Source of the DNA: an uncultured Candidatus Rokubacteria bacterium
Lineage (GTDB): Bacteria > Methylomirabilota > Methylomirabilia > Rokubacteriales > DASRDR01
NCBI GenBank assembly: GCA_963826115.1
Contig: CAWGVS010000005.1
Span: forward strand, 832,001-896,000
Direction: 5' to 3'
DNA length: 64,000 nt
Position numbers and translations under genes: made by a program. The notes under the pieces are model-generated. The model was not told the origin of the DNA. It saw only the letters and a program-made list of their open reading frames with translations, and searched no databases. Below, in pieces: positions 19,824-30,194 of the stretch. Each line of letters starts with the position of its first letter. The stretch's first letter is position 1.

Positions 19824-22800
19824 ATGTGGCTGACCCTCGTCGCGGTTCGGAACGCCATCGCGGTCCTGATGGCGGCGCTCGCCATCGTGGTCCTCGGCGG
19901 GACCTCCCTGAAGCGGCTGTCGGTGGACCTCTTTCCGAACATCAACCAGCCGGTGATCACCGTCGGAACCGTCTACACGGGCGCCAACGTCCAGGACATC
20001 GAGAAGACGGTCACCTACCCCGTCGAGAAGGTCGTGAGCGCCGTGCCAGGCGTTCACCACGTGGAGTCCCGCAGCCGGCAGGGCATCTCGGTCGTTCAGG
20101 CCTGGTTCAACTACGACGCGGACCTGAACGCCGGGCAGAACGACATCATCCAGCGCATCCAGCAGATCAGTAACAGCCTGCCCTCGGGCATCAAGCAGCC
20201 GTTCATCATCCGGGCCGACCTCTCCAACATCCCGGTGTGCCTCCTGACGGTCTCCGGCGGGGGCTTCGACGAGCGGCAGCTCTACGACATCGCGTACAAC
20301 ACGATCGAGCCGCAGATCGAGCGCATCAACGGCGTGGCCGCGGCCAACGTGGACGGGGGGAAGATCCGCCAGATCGCGGTGAACCTCAACCGCGACCTCC
20401 TGTACGCCAAGGGCATCTCGGTGCTCGACGTCGTCCGCTCCGTGAACGACTCGAACTTCCTGATGCCGTCCGGCGACATCAAGATCGGCAGCATCGACTA
20501 CAACATGTTCACCAACAACCAGTTCCAGCTGGTCAAGCCGATGGAGGACATCGTCGTCCGGAAGGTCGGCGACGTTCCCGTCCGGGTGCGGGACCTGGGC
20601 TACGTCCAGGACTCCTCCGAGCAGCAGACCAGTGTGGTCCGCGTGGACGGCGAGCGCGCGGTGTACCTGCGCGTCAACAAGCAGCCGTCGGCCAACACCA
20701 TCGAGGTCGTGGACGGCGTGCGAGCGCTGCTGTCCAGGCTCGACCGCGTGCCGCCGGGCGTGAAGGTCGGCCTGATCTTCGACCAGTCGACCTACATCCG
20801 GCAGTCGATCGAGAGCCTCTGGCACGAGTCGATCCAGGGGGCCGCGCTCGCCTTCCTGGTCATCCTGATCTTCCTGCGGAGCGTGGTCTCGACCCTGATC
20901 ATCTCGGTCGCGATTCCCCTGTCGATCATGTGCACGCTGATCGCGATGTACTTCCTGGGCCAGACGCTGAACATCTTCACCCTCGGCGGGCTGGCCCTCG
21001 CGGTGGGACGCCTGGTCGACGACTCCATCGTCGAGCTCGAGAACATCAACCGCCACCTCGGCATGCCGGGCAAGGATCGCAAGGCGGCCGTCCTCGACGC
21101 CGCCCGCGAGGTGGCCATGCCTATCTTCGTGTCGACCATCACAACCATCGTCGTGTTCCTGCCGACGGTCTTCCTGGAGGGACAGGCCAAGCTCCTGTTC
21201 ATCCCGCTGACCTTCACGATCTCCTTCTCGCTCTTCTCGTCGTTCCTGGTCTCGCGGACCGTGACGCCCCTCATGTGCCTCCGCCTGCTGAAGCCCGTGG
21301 CGACCAGCGACGGCCGCGGCTTGCGCGGCCGGTTCATGACCTGGAGCCAGTCGCTCTTCGACGGCCTGGACAGCGCGTACCAGGACACCCTCCGCTGGGC
21401 GCTCGGCCACCGGAAGGCGGTTGTGCTCGGCGTACTCGGGGTGTTCCTGGCGAGCCTCGCGCTGATCCCGCTGATCGGCTCCGAGTTCTTTCCGATGTCC
21501 GACGAGAGCCAGTTCCGGATCACGCTCCGCGGACCCCTCGGCACGCGCGTCGAGGAGACCGAGAAGATGGTCGCGCGGATCGAGGCCCTCATCCGGCAGA
21601 ATCTGCAGCCGGGCGAGCTGAAGTCCATCGTGTCCAGTGTGGGCATTCCCGGCGGGCGCTCCGCCCTGTTCACCGGAAACACCGGACCGCACGCGGCCCA
21701 GGTCCAGGTCTACCTGGACACGCCCGACCGGCGGAAGCGAAGCGACGTCCAGATCGTCAACGCGATCCGCCCGCGGTTCGCCGGCGAGTTCCCCGGGTCG
21801 CTCACCTTCTTCAACCTCGGAGGCATCATCAGTCGGGTGCTGAACCGCGGGTCGCAGAACCCGCTCGAGGTGGAGGTCCTCGGCTACGACTTGGACGACG
21901 CCCCGGGGGTGGCCCGCGCGGTGGCCCAGGTCATGCGCGACACGCCCGGTGTTGCCGACGTCCAGGTGAGCCGAGAGGGCAACTACCCCCAGTTCAGCGT
22001 CGTGGTGGACCGTGAGAAGGCTGCGACGGCGGGACTGTCGCAGCGCGACGTCGCGCAGGCGGCGCTCTTCTCCCTGAACTCGAACGTGAGCGTCAACCCG
22101 TCGATCTTCACCGATCCGCGCAGCGGCAACCAGTACAACATCGTCGTCCAGCTCGACGAGCCGTTCCGGGTCCGGCCGGAGGACCTGGGAAAGATCTTCG
22201 TCACTGCCCCGGCCGGGCGACCGATCATGCTCTCGACCATCGCCGACATCCGACGCAGCGTCTCCCCCGTGGAGATCGAGCGGAAGTACCAGCAGCGGCT
22301 GATCCGGGTGTCCGGCAACCCGGCGGGGCGCGATCTGGGGGCGATCTCCGACGACATCGAGCGGCGGCTGGGGACGATCCAGATGCCGTCGGGCTTCTCG
22401 GTCCAGATGGGAGGCCAGACGGCCCAGCAGCGGGAAGCGTTCTCGAGCCTGGCGTTCATGAGTATCTTGGCCCTGATGCTCGTCTACATGGTGATGGCCT
22501 CCCAGTTCCGCTCGCTCAAGGACCCCTTCATCATCATGTTTTCGGTGCCCATGGGGCTGATCGGCGTCATCCTGGCCCTGTTCCTGACGGGGACCACCCT
22601 CTCGACCACGTCGTTCATGGGCATCATCATGATGGTGGGGATCGTGGTCTCGAACGGCGTCCTCCTGGTGGAGTACACGAACGAGCTGAGGCGCCGCGGC
22701 ATGCCCCTCGGCGAGGCGGTCGTGCGCGCCGGGCGGACCCGTCTCCGCCCGATCCTGATGACGAGCCTGGCGACCGTGTTCGGCCTGCTGCCGATGGCGC

Positions 22801-22967
22801 TCGGCTGGCTCGTCGGCGGCGAGGCCAACGCCCCGCTGGCCCGGGCCGTCATCGGGGGCCTCATGGTCTCCACCGGGCTCACCCTGATCCTGATCCCGAC
22901 CCTCTACACGATCCTCGAGGAGCGCTTCCCGCGGCACATGGCGCTCGAAGAGGAGGGCGCGGCCTGA
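19824..22967 (+). CDS. RND efflux permease (AcrB/MdtB-like)
   Basis: 1047 aa; TM4 GRLVDDSIV, TM10 SNGVLLV and RLRPILMT motifs. Confidence 0.97.
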   Translation: MWLTLVAVRNAIAVLMAALAIVVLGGTSLKRLSVDLFPNINQPVITVGTVYTGANVQDIEKTVTYPVEKVVSAVPGVHHVESRSRQGISVVQAWFNYDADLNAGQNDIIQRIQQISNSLPSGIKQPFIIRADLSNIPVCLLTVSGGGFDERQLYDIAYNTIEPQIERINGVAAANVDGGKIRQIAVNLNRDLLYAKGISVLDVVRSVNDSNFLMPSGDIKIGSIDYNMFTNNQFQLVKPMEDIVVRKVGDVPVRVRDLGYVQDSSEQQTSVVRVDGERAVYLRVNKQPSANTIEVVDGVRALLSRLDRVPPGVKVGLIFDQSTYIRQSIESLWHESIQGAALAFLVILIFLRSVVSTLIISVAIPLSIMCTLIAMYFLGQTLNIFTLGGLALAVGRLVDDSIVELENINRHLGMPGKDRKAAVLDAAREVAMPIFVSTITTIVVFLPTVFLEGQAKLLFIPLTFTISFSLFSSFLVSRTVTPLMCLRLLKPVATSDGRGLRGRFMTWSQSLFDGLDSAYQDTLRWALGHRKAVVLGVLGVFLASLALIPLIGSEFFPMSDESQFRITLRGPLGTRVEETEKMVARIEALIRQNLQPGELKSIVSSVGIPGGRSALFTGNTGPHAAQVQVYLDTPDRRKRSDVQIVNAIRPRFAGEFPGSLTFFNLGGIISRVLNRGSQNPLEVEVLGYDLDDAPGVARAVAQVMRDTPGVADVQVSREGNYPQFSVVVDREKAATAGLSQRDVAQAALFSLNSNVSVNPSIFTDPRSGNQYNIVVQLDEPFRVRPEDLGKIFVTAPAGRPIMLSTIADIRRSVSPVEIERKYQQRLIRVSGNPAGRDLGAISDDIERRLGTIQMPSGFSVQMGGQTAQQREAFSSLAFMSILALMLVYMVMASQFRSLKDPFIIMFSVPMGLIGVILALFLTGTTLSTTSFMGIIMMVGIVVSNGVLLVEYTNELRRRGMPLGEAVVRAGRTRLRPILMTSLATVFGLLPMALGWLVGGEANAPLARAVIGGLMVSTGLTLILIPTLYTILEERFPRHMALEEEGAA

Positions 22968-24421
22968 TGCGGCCGACCGCGCCCCTCGACAAGGGAGACT
23001 CCTCACCGATGCGCACCCGACCCCGCCGGCCCGTGCCGGGCCCCGCCCTCGCGCTGACGCTCGGCCTGCTCGTCACCTCCCCCGCCTGGTCGCAGACGGG
23101 GACGCCCGCGCCCCCCCCGGGCGGGACTCCCGCCGCACAGCCCGCGGCGCCCGCGCCGTCGACGATGCCCGCCCGGACGGGCCCGGGGGGCACGCCGCTG
23201 AAGCTCAACCTCGCGGAGGCCACGGCCCTCGCGCTCCGGCAGCAGCCGACGATCCGCTCCGCCCAGGGGTCGCTCACCGCGGCGCAGGCCCGGGTCCCGC
23301 AGGCGCGGTCGGCCTACTTCCCGCGCATCGACCTCCAGGTGGGCGCCCAGACGAGCGAGGTGAAGAACACCACCACGGACAAGCGGACGCGGAGCGAGGG
23401 CACGTTCGCGAACATACTCGGACGGCAGCTGATCTACGACTTCGGGAAGACGGCGGCCCTCGTGAACGAGGCCCAGGCCGGGAGCCGCGTCGCCTCGGGC
23501 GAGCTCGAGCGCATCCGCGACCTGGTCGTCCAGAACGTCCGCCAGTCGTACTTCAACCTCCTCCAGGCCCGGCGCCTGGTCGGAGTCGCGGACGCGGCGC
23601 TGTCGCGCTCGGAGTTGAACCTGCGGAGCGCGCAGGGCTTCTTCGACGTCGGGACGAAGCCGAAGTCGGACGTGACGCGCGCCGAGGTCGAGGTGGCGAA
23701 CGCCCGTGTCGACGTGATCCGGGCCCGGAACCTCGTCCGGTTCACCGAGACGAGCCTCGCCAACGCCCTCGGCCTCGAGGCCACCGTGCCGATCGAGATC
23801 GAGGACACGCTCACCTACGAGCCCGTGTCCCTCGATTCCAGCCAGCTCCTGGCGGAAGCGCTGGGGAACCGGCCGGAGCTCCGCCAGAGCCAGGCCCGCC
23901 TCGACGGCGCCCGCGCCCAGCTGTCGGGCGCGCGGGCCCGGTACCTCCCGGACATCGTCGTGAACGGCAGCGCGGGCATGTCGAGCGACGACGCGGTCGT
24001 GTCGACCGACGGCTTCGGAACGCTTTCGTTCGGGGACACGTGGGCGATCGCCGGGGTGCTCTCGTGGAACCTCTTCGAGGGGTTCTTCACCCAGGCCAAG
24101 GTCAAGGAGACGCAGGCCCTCGTCGAGACCGCGCGGGCCGACTACGAGACGGTCGAACTCCAGGTCCGGCTCGAGGTCGAGCAAGCCTACATCGCGGTGA
24201 TCGAGGCCAGCGAGCGATACGGGGCGACCGAGAAGGCCGTCGAGTCCGCGCGGGAGAACCTCCGGCTCGCCCAGGGCCGGTACGACGCGGGGGTCGGGAC
24301 CATCCTCGACCTGACCGAGGCCCAGCTCTCGCTGACGAACGCCGAGGCCGACAGCGTCCGTGCGGTCACGGACTACCGGGTCGGCCTCGCGGTCCTCGAC
24401 CGGGTGGTCGGCCGCCCGTAG
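22967..24421 (+). CDS. TolC family outer membrane channel
   Basis: Signal peptide, two OEP repeats (YFPRIDL, YLPDI) and RYDAGVGTILDL. Confidence 0.93.
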   Translation: MRPTAPLDKGDSSPMRTRPRRPVPGPALALTLGLLVTSPAWSQTGTPAPPPGGTPAAQPAAPAPSTMPARTGPGGTPLKLNLAEATALALRQQPTIRSAQGSLTAAQARVPQARSAYFPRIDLQVGAQTSEVKNTTTDKRTRSEGTFANILGRQLIYDFGKTAALVNEAQAGSRVASGELERIRDLVVQNVRQSYFNLLQARRLVGVADAALSRSELNLRSAQGFFDVGTKPKSDVTRAEVEVANARVDVIRARNLVRFTETSLANALGLEATVPIEIEDTLTYEPVSLDSSQLLAEALGNRPELRQSQARLDGARAQLSGARARYLPDIVVNGSAGMSSDDAVVSTDGFGTLSFGDTWAIAGVLSWNLFEGFFTQAKVKETQALVETARADYETVELQVRLEVEQAYIAVIEASERYGATEKAVESARENLRLAQGRYDAGVGTILDLTEAQLSLTNAEADSVRAVTDYRVGLAVLDRVVGRP

Positions 24422-24503
24422 GGGCATCCCGCCGGCGAACACCTCCCTGCCCGCGTCCGTCGAAGCTCTCGTGGGGAAGGGAGCCGGTGCGACAATGAAG
24501 GCC

Positions 24504-26375
24504 ATGAGGCGGCGAACCGCGGTCGTGCTGGCCGTCGTCGGGGTGGCGGCGGCCCTGGCCACAGCGGGTTACGTCTATTCCACGAGCCGCACGCCGGCGA
24601 CCCGCTTCCGGACGGCCCCGGTGGACCGGGGCACGGTCGTCGCCACCGTCTCGGCCACCGGCGCGCTGAACGCCGTCACCACCGTCCAGGTCGGGAGCCA
24701 GGTCTCGGGCCAGATCCGCGAGGTCCTGGTCGACTTCAACACCCCGGTCCGTCGCGGTCAGCTGATCGCGCGGATCGAGACCGACGTCTTCCAGGCCAAG
24801 GTCAACGCCGCCACCGCCGACCTCGAGAGCGCGCAGGCCCAGGTCCTCAACCAGCGCGCCAACGTCGAGAAGGTGCGGGCCGACGTCGAGAACGCCCGGG
24901 CCGCCGTCGCCACCGCGGAGGCCAACGTCGAGCGGATGCGGGCCGACGTCGAGAACGCCCGGGCGGTGATCGCTACCGGACAGGCCAACGTGACCCGAGA
25001 CGCGGCCACCGCGGCGAACGCCCGCCTCGAGCTCGACCGCCGGATCGACCTCGCCAAGCAGGACCTCATCTCGAAGAGCGAGCGCGACCAGGCGCAGACG
25101 GCCTTCGACACCGCCCAGGCCCAGCTCGAGGCGACCCGGGCCCAGGAGCGGGCCGGGCAGGCCGCGCTCCGGTCCGCCCAGGCGCAGCAGACGGCCGGCG
25201 AGTCGCAGGCGCGCGCAGCGAAGAGCCAGGTCTCCTCGGCCCAGGCCGCCTTCCAGGTGTCGGAGGCCCAGCTGAAGGCCGCGGAGGCGACCGTGCGGCA
25301 GAAGCAGGCCGCCGTCGAGCAGACGCGGCTCGACCTGGTCCACACCGAGATCCGCGCCCCGGTGGACGGGGTCGTCGTGTCGCGGGCCATCGACCCCGGG
25401 CAGACGGTGGCGGCAAGTCTCCAGGCGCCGACGCTCTTCACGATCGCCCAGGACCTCACGCAGATGCAGGTCGAGGCGGCGGTGGACGAGGCCGACGTCG
25501 GCCGGCTCCGCGAGGGCATGAGCGCCACGTTCACCGTCGACGCGTTCCCGGGCCGCTCCTTCCGGGGCGTGATCTCCCAGATCCGCAAGGCGGCCCAGGT
25601 GGTGCAGAACGTCGTGAGCTACACGACGGTGATCACCGTCCCCAATCCCGACCGCATCCTGCTCCCCGGCATGACGGCGAACGTGCGGGTGCAGGTCGAC
25701 CGGCGCGAGGACGCGCTGCGCGTCACCAACGCCGCCCTCCGTTTCCGGCCGCCCGCCGACGGCGCCGATGCGGGCGCCCAGTCGCGCCCGCGCGCAGGCG
25801 CCGACGACGCGAGCGGCCGGGCGGCGACCGGGGGCGCGAGCGCCCCGGCGGGAGGAGGCTCGGGCGGGTCGGGCCGCGGGCCCGGCGGCGCCGGCGGCCT
25901 CCGCGAGATGCGGGCCACGCTCGTGAAGGACCTCGCGCTCACCGCCGACCAGCAGACGAAGCTCGACGCGATCCTGGAGGAAGCCCGCCAGGCGTTCATG
26001 GCGGCCCGGAGCCAGGGTCAGGGCCAGGGCCAGGGCGGCGACGACCGGGCAGCGGGCGGCCAGCGGCGCCGCGCTCGAACCGAGATCCGGGAGAAGATTC
26101 GCGCCATCCTGACCCCCGAGCAGCAGAAGCGCTTCGACGCGATCATGACCGCCCAGGACGGTGCGGCGCCCGCGGCGGTCGCCACGCCGGCGCGCGTCTA
26201 CGTGCCGGGACCGGACGGGAAGCCGCAGGCCGTGACCATCATGATCGGGCTCTCGGACGGGACCTACTCGGAGGTCGTCTCGGGAGACCTCAAGGCTGGC
26301 CAGGACGTCTTCGTCGGCACGCCGGGCGCGCGCTCGACCGGCGGCCCGGGTAGCGGGCCGCGGCTCAGGCTCTGA
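24504..26375 (+). CDS. MacA-like periplasmic adaptor with extended hairpin and an inserted helical domain
   Basis: [39 protein letters not shown] and LPGMTANV motifs. Start at 24504 or 24495. Confidence 0.92.
   Translation: MRRRTAVVLAVVGVAAALATAGYVYSTSRTPATRFRTAPVDRGTVVATVSATGALNAVTTVQVGSQVSGQIREVLVDFNTPVRRGQLIARIETDVFQAKVNAATADLESAQAQVLNQRANVEKVRADVENARAAVATAEANVERMRADVENARAVIATGQANVTRDAATAANARLELDRRIDLAKQDLISKSERDQAQTAFDTAQAQLEATRAQERAGQAALRSAQAQQTAGESQARAAKSQVSSAQAAFQVSEAQLKAAEATVRQKQAAVEQTRLDLVHTEIRAPVDGVVVSRAIDPGQTVAASLQAPTLFTIAQDLTQMQVEAAVDEADVGRLREGMSATFTVDAFPGRSFRGVISQIRKAAQVVQNVVSYTTVITVPNPDRILLPGMTANVRVQVDRREDALRVTNAALRFRPPADGADAGAQSRPRAGADDASGRAATGGASAPAGGGSGGSGRGPGGAGGLREMRATLVKDLALTADQQTKLDAILEEARQAFMAARSQGQGQGQGGDDRAAGGQRRRARTEIREKIRAILTPEQQKRFDAIMTAQDGAAPAAVATPARVYVPGPDGKPQAVTIMIGLSDGTYSEVVSGDLKAGQDVFVGTPGARSTGGPGSGPRLRL
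24858..24992 (+). repeat. 63-bp (21-aa) in-frame tandem repeat in the MacA coiled coil
   Basis: gccaacgt at 24858, 24921 and 24984; [21 protein letters not shown] / [21 protein letters not shown]. Confidence 0.85.
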
Positions 26376-26376
26376 G

Positions 26377-27129
26377 GTGAGCACCACCGGCGGCCCGGTC
26401 CTCATCGAGGTTCGGGACCTCGTCAAGACGTATCACCTCGGCGAGCACGAGGTGCACGCGTTGCGGGGAGTGAACCTCGACATCACGGTCGGCGAGTTCG
26501 TCGCGGTGATGGGGCCGTCCGGCTCCGGCAAGTCGACGTTGATGAACCTCCTCGGCTGCCTCGACACGGCGACCAGCGGCGTCTACCGGCTCGATGGGGA
26601 CGACGTGTCGGAGCTCTCGCGGGACGCCCTGGCCGCGATCCGGAACCGGAAGCTCGGCTTCGTGTTCCAGACCTTCAACCTGCTGCCGCGGATGTCGGCG
26701 CTCGAGAACGTGGAGCTGCCGCTCCTCTACGGCGCGACCGTCGCGAAGGAGCGGCGCGAGCGGGCGCTGGCGCGGCTCCGCGACGTGGGGCTCGAGAACC
26801 GCGGCGGCCACCGACCGAGCCAGCTCTCCGGCGGCCAGCAGCAGCGGGTGGCGATCGCGCGGGCGCTCATCAACGAGCCGCGGCTGATCCTGGCCGACGA
26901 GCCCACGGGAAACCTCGACACGCGCACGAGCGTGGAGATCATGGCGATCCTCCAGCGCCTGAACCGGCGCGGCATCACGGTCGTGCTGGTGACCCACGAG
27001 GACGACATCGCCCGGTACGCCTCGCGCGTCGTGGCGTTCCGCGATGGGAAGCTCCGCACCGACACGCCGGTCGCCAGTCCCCTGGACGCCGAGGCGATCC
27101 TGCCGACGCTCACCGAGGAGGCGGCGTGA
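26377..27129 (+). CDS. ABC ATP-binding protein (MacB/LolD family)
   Basis: [25 protein letters not shown] and VTHE motifs. Confidence 0.96.
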   Translation: MSTTGGPVLIEVRDLVKTYHLGEHEVHALRGVNLDITVGEFVAVMGPSGSGKSTLMNLLGCLDTATSGVYRLDGDDVSELSRDALAAIRNRKLGFVFQTFNLLPRMSALENVELPLLYGATVAKERRERALARLRDVGLENRGGHRPSQLSGGQQQRVAIARALINEPRLILADEPTGNLDTRTSVEIMAILQRLNRRGITVVLVTHEDDIARYASRVVAFRDGKLRTDTPVASPLDAEAILPTLTEEAA

Positions 27130-28358
27130 AGGCCTGGGCGGCGGTCCGGATGGCGCTCGCCTCCCTCCGGGTGAACAAGCTCCGCACCGCGCTCACGATG
27201 CTGGGCATCATCATCGGCGTCGCGGCGGTCATCGCGATGGTCTCGGTCGGCGCGGGCGCCCAGGAACGGATCGCCGAGCAGATCCGCTCCATGGGGTCGA
27301 ACCTCATCGTCGTCTTCCCGGGGGCCCAGACCTCGGGCGGCATCCGGTGGGGCCTCGGGAGCCAGCAGACGCTCACCGAGGAGGACGCCCGCGCCATCGC
27401 CGTCGAGGTGTCCGCAGCGGAAGTCTCCGCCCCGTCGGTGCGCGGGTCGGCGCAGACGATCTTCGGGAACCTCAACTGGTCCACGGTGATCCAGGGCGTG
27501 ACGCCCGACTACATCGAGGCCCGCGAGTGGGGCATCGTGAGCGGGCGGATGCTCGGCCCCCAGGACGTCGACGGCGCCGCCAAGGTGGCGGTGCTCGGTG
27601 ACACCGTCTGGCACAGTCTGTTCGGGGACAGCGACCCGATCGGCGAGACGATCCGGATCAAGAAGGTCCCCTTCACCGTCGTCGGCGTCCTCGACGCGAA
27701 GGGCCAGTCCGCGTTCGGCCAGGATCAGGACGACCTGATCCTGATCCCGCTCTCCACCGCCAAGAAGAAGGTGCTGGGCACCAACCGGTCGAACCCCCGC
27801 GCGGTGGGACAGATCTCCGTGCGGGTCCGGGACGCCAGCCTCATGGCCGAGGCCGAGGAGCAGATCCGGGGCCTCCTCCGTCAGCGCCACCGCTTGCAGC
27901 CCGGCCAGGACGACGACTTCCAGGTCCGCGTCCTTGCGGAGATGTTCGCGGCCCAGGAGGAATCGGCGCGGATCATGACCATGCTGCTGGCGGCGATCGC
28001 ATCAGTGTCGCTCCTGGTGGGCGGCATCGGCATCATGAACATCATGCTGGTGTCGGTGACCGAGCGGACGCGCGAGATCGGTCTCCGCATGGCCGTCGGC
28101 GCGCGGGGGCGCGACATCCTCGCCCAGTTCCTGGTGGAGGCCGTGACGCTCTCCGCGGTGGGCGGGGTGATGGGGGTCGGGGTCGGCGTCCTCGCGGCCG
28201 TGATCATCGCCAACTTCGCCGAGTGGTCGACGGACGTGTCGGCGCAGGCGGTGGGGCTCGCGTTCGCCTTCGCGGGAATCGTCGGGGTCTTCTTCGGGTT
28301 CTACCCGGCGCAGAAGGCGTCCCGGCTGGACCCGATCGAGGCCCTCCGCTACGAGTGA
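27126..28358 (+). CDS. MacB-type ABC permease
   Basis: [35 protein letters not shown] and [10 protein letters not shown] motifs. Confidence 0.96.
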   Translation: MKAWAAVRMALASLRVNKLRTALTMLGIIIGVAAVIAMVSVGAGAQERIAEQIRSMGSNLIVVFPGAQTSGGIRWGLGSQQTLTEEDARAIAVEVSAAEVSAPSVRGSAQTIFGNLNWSTVIQGVTPDYIEAREWGIVSGRMLGPQDVDGAAKVAVLGDTVWHSLFGDSDPIGETIRIKKVPFTVVGVLDAKGQSAFGQDQDDLILIPLSTAKKKVLGTNRSNPRAVGQISVRVRDASLMAEAEEQIRGLLRQRHRLQPGQDDDFQVRVLAEMFAAQEESARIMTMLLAAIASVSLLVGGIGIMNIMLVSVTERTREIGLRMAVGARGRDILAQFLVEAVTLSAVGGVMGVGVGVLAAVIIANFAEWSTDVSAQAVGLAFAFAGIVGVFFGFYPAQKASRLDPIEALRYE

Positions 28359-28768
28359 GCTGCGCCGCGCGGCTTGAGCTCGATCCGGTAGCCGTCCGGG
28401 TCCTGGATGTAGAGCGAGCTCCCGTCCCCGAAGGCTCCGCGCCGCTGGACGACGTCCCCCTCGACCGTGATGCCCTGCTGGCGGAGCCATGCCGCCACAC
28501 GCCCGAGGTCCTCGCACCGGACGGACAGGCACACGTGGTCCATCCGGGCCGAGGGCTTCGCGGTCTCGCCGGGGGCGAGCGGCAGGAGGTCGATCAGGTG
28601 GCGCCCGGCCCGGAGCTGGACCAGCCGGGCGCCCTCGTTCACGTGGTCCAGGCCCAGACCCAGGACCGTGGTGTAGAACGCCTGGGACACGGCCTGGTCC
28701 CGGACCCGGAGGACCACGTGATCCAGCTCGAGCACCTCGAGGGGTGGACGATCCTGGGCCGACGCCAT
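28349..28768 (-). CDS. VOC/glyoxalase family protein
   Basis: LDHVVLRV...FY..VLG, DHVCL and YIQDPDGYRIEL motifs. Confidence 0.9.
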   Translation of the reverse strand: MASAQDRPPLEVLELDHVVLRVRDQAVSQAFYTTVLGLGLDHVNEGARLVQLRAGRHLIDLLPLAPGETAKPSARMDHVCLSVRCEDLGRVAAWLRQQGITVEGDVVQRRGAFGDGSSLYIQDPDGYRIELKPRGAAHS

Positions 28769-28782
28769 GGCTGGAAACCTCT

Positions 28783-29319
28783 TTACGGTGAAGAGTTGGA
28801 GCCGGCTCTCTGAGAGGCGGCTCGAGTAGCCGGCTCGGTCCGCCCCTGCCGGGGGTCGCCACCGGCACCCGCCGCCAGGTGGAGGACGAGCGCGATGGCC
28901 CCCGTCAAGAAGACCGCGATGTTGACGGCCACGGACCGCCGATGGAGGCGCGAGAACTGGAGTGGCGCGGGATCGCCGGCCGGGGCCGCCTGGGCCCGGA
29001 GGCGGGCCGCGTGGGCCTGGGGCAGCAGCACGTGACCCGCGTAGATGGTTCCCGCGAGCGTCACGCCGAGAAGGGCGACCGCTCCCCAGCGGAGCGGGCC
29101 GGGCTCCCGGAGGGCGAGGGTCACCGCGAGGACGAGGGTCAGCGCGAGGGTGGCCAGGCCGAAGCCGTAGTACCCGGGGAACACGCCCTCCATCACCTGG
29201 ACCGCCACCGGCCGGTCGACCGCGCGGAACGTGGCGGGCGCCAGCAGGAAGGACAGAAAGATCTGAACGCCGAGGCCCGCCCCCAGAATGGCGGTCGCGA
29301 GACCGTGGAGCATCCGCAT
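28783..29319 (-). CDS. DUF4149/TMEM205-like membrane protein
   Basis: Four TM segments; FLLAPATF, FPGYY and FSRLHRRSV motifs. TTGACA-18-GATCAT upstream. Confidence 0.8.
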   Translation of the reverse strand: MRMLHGLATAILGAGLGVQIFLSFLLAPATFRAVDRPVAVQVMEGVFPGYYGFGLATLALTLVLAVTLALREPGPLRWGAVALLGVTLAGTIYAGHVLLPQAHAARLRAQAAPAGDPAPLQFSRLHRRSVAVNIAVFLTGAIALVLHLAAGAGGDPRQGRTEPATRAASQRAGSNSSP

Positions 29320-29431
29320 CTTGACGTGATGATCCGGGGCGACGCGCGAGATTGTCAAGGCGCAGCGGCGACGGGCCTCGGTTTGACAGCCCCCGGGGCG
29401 GTTGATACGCTCCGCCCGCGCCGAGGTTCCC

Positions 29432-30169
29432 GTGCCGCCCATGCGTCCCGTTCCAGCTCGCTCGCGCTCCTCGAAGCCCCCGCGGTGGCTCGCCGCCGCC
29501 GTGCGAGCGCCGATGTCCGCCGACGAGATCGGCGCCGTCATCCGGACGCTCCGGCGCCAGGCGCCGTCGTGGCGGCCCACGGCGGTTGCCGAGGTTGCCG
29601 CGGAGCAGCCCGACCCGTTCCGCGTCCTGATCGCCTGCATCCTCTCCCTCCGAACCCAGGACGCGACCACCCGCGAGGCGTCGGAGCGGCTGTTCCGGGT
29701 CGCCGAGACGCCTGCGGCGATGCTGCGCCTGCCCGCGGCCCGGATCGCCCGGCTGATCTTCCCCGTCGGCTTCTACCGGACGAAGGCGCGGGCGATCCGC
29801 GGGATCTGCCAGGACCTCATCGCGCGCTACGGCGGTCGCGTGCCCGACGACATCGACGCCCTCCTCACGCTGAAGGGCGTCGGCCGGAAGACCGCCAACC
29901 TCGTGGTCACGATCGGCTTCGACAAGCCCGGCATCTGCGTCGACATCCACGTGCACCGCATCTCGAACCGGCTCGGGTTCGTGAAGACCGCGGCGCCGGA
30001 CCGGACGGAGCTCGCGCTCCGCGCGAAGCTGCCGCCGCGCTACTGGATCGGCTACAACGACCTCCTGGTGGCGTTCGGGCAGAACGTCTGCCGGCCGCTC
30101 TCGCCCCACTGCTCGCGCTGTCCCGTGGCGCGCTCGTGCCGGCGCATCGGCGTCGGCCGGACGCGCTGA
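29432..30169 (+). CDS. nth: Endonuclease III
   Basis: LSLRTQD, HhH LKGVGRKTANLV, VDIHVHR and C-x6-C-x2-C-x5-C. Promoter TTGACA-17-TACGCT (29383-29411) places the start downstream of 29402. Confidence 0.95.
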   Translation: MPPMRPVPARSRSSKPPRWLAAAVRAPMSADEIGAVIRTLRRQAPSWRPTAVAEVAAEQPDPFRVLIACILSLRTQDATTREASERLFRVAETPAAMLRLPAARIARLIFPVGFYRTKARAIRGICQDLIARYGGRVPDDIDALLTLKGVGRKTANLVVTIGFDKPGICVDIHVHRISNRLGFVKTAAPDRTELALRAKLPPRYWIGYNDLLVAFGQNVCRPLSPHCSRCPVARSCRRIGVGRTR

Positions 30170-30194
30170 TCTGGGCCGGGGGCCGTCCCGGCCG

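Noticed and set aside
18075-23006. 1643-aa minus-strand ORF and other very long antisense ORFs (for example 1645..4266, 14273..17623, 41173..44292)
   Set aside because: Shadow frames of real genes caused by high GC3; no recognisable motifs apart from the DUF2889 tail of 41173..44292, which is annotated separately.
26009-26036. CAGGGY hexamer repeat
   Set aside because: Encodes a QGQGQG linker within MacA; ordinary low complexity.
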